Below, in pieces: positions 63,988 to 64,000 of a DNA stretch of 64,000 nt. The stretch is from Rotaria socialis. Taxonomy: Eukaryota. The notes beneath the pieces were generated by a model that did no database searches, was not told where the DNA came from, and saw only the letters and a list, made by a program, of their open reading frames with translations. The number at the start of each line of letters is the position of its first letter. Position 1 is the first letter of the stretch. A program made the position numbers and the translations under genes. The DNA lies in NCBI GenBank assembly GCA_905331295.1, contig CAJNYD010000223.1:62001-126000 (forward strand), written 5' to 3'.

Positions 63988-64000
63988 TAGAGATAGTATT

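Overview
AT-rich eukaryotic genomic DNA with many short (~45-60 nt) GT-AG introns. The gene families (TPR/ADP-ribosyltransferase, ART-LRR, NHL-repeat, fungal-looking genes) and TGTGGG/TGAGGG repeats point to a bdelloid rotifer; this is inference. Ordinary genes: an NRF-6-like acyltransferase, a fringe-like glycosyltransferase, IDH3A, an NHL protein, ART genes, a DEAH helicase-RRM-RING/IBR fusion, an MFS-like transporter, a cupin and an NMNAT-like nucleotidyltransferase, plus several pseudogenes and MITEs. The main discovery is almost invisible in the ORF track. At 32159-36753 (+), 34 small exons splice by hand into one ~950-aa reading frame of FIVE tandem Rab1-like GTPase domains. The domains have individually altered G-motifs and there is no C-terminal prenylation cysteine. 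A decayed single-domain Rab lies directly upstream. Also found: a type I hammerhead ribozyme (37313-37389, -), a family of small hairpins built from telomere-like repeats (two of which bracket a 760-bp duplicated segment), a hAT MITE nested in a Mutator-like MITE, and several horizontal-transfer candidates. All gene models were read manually; no database searches were run.
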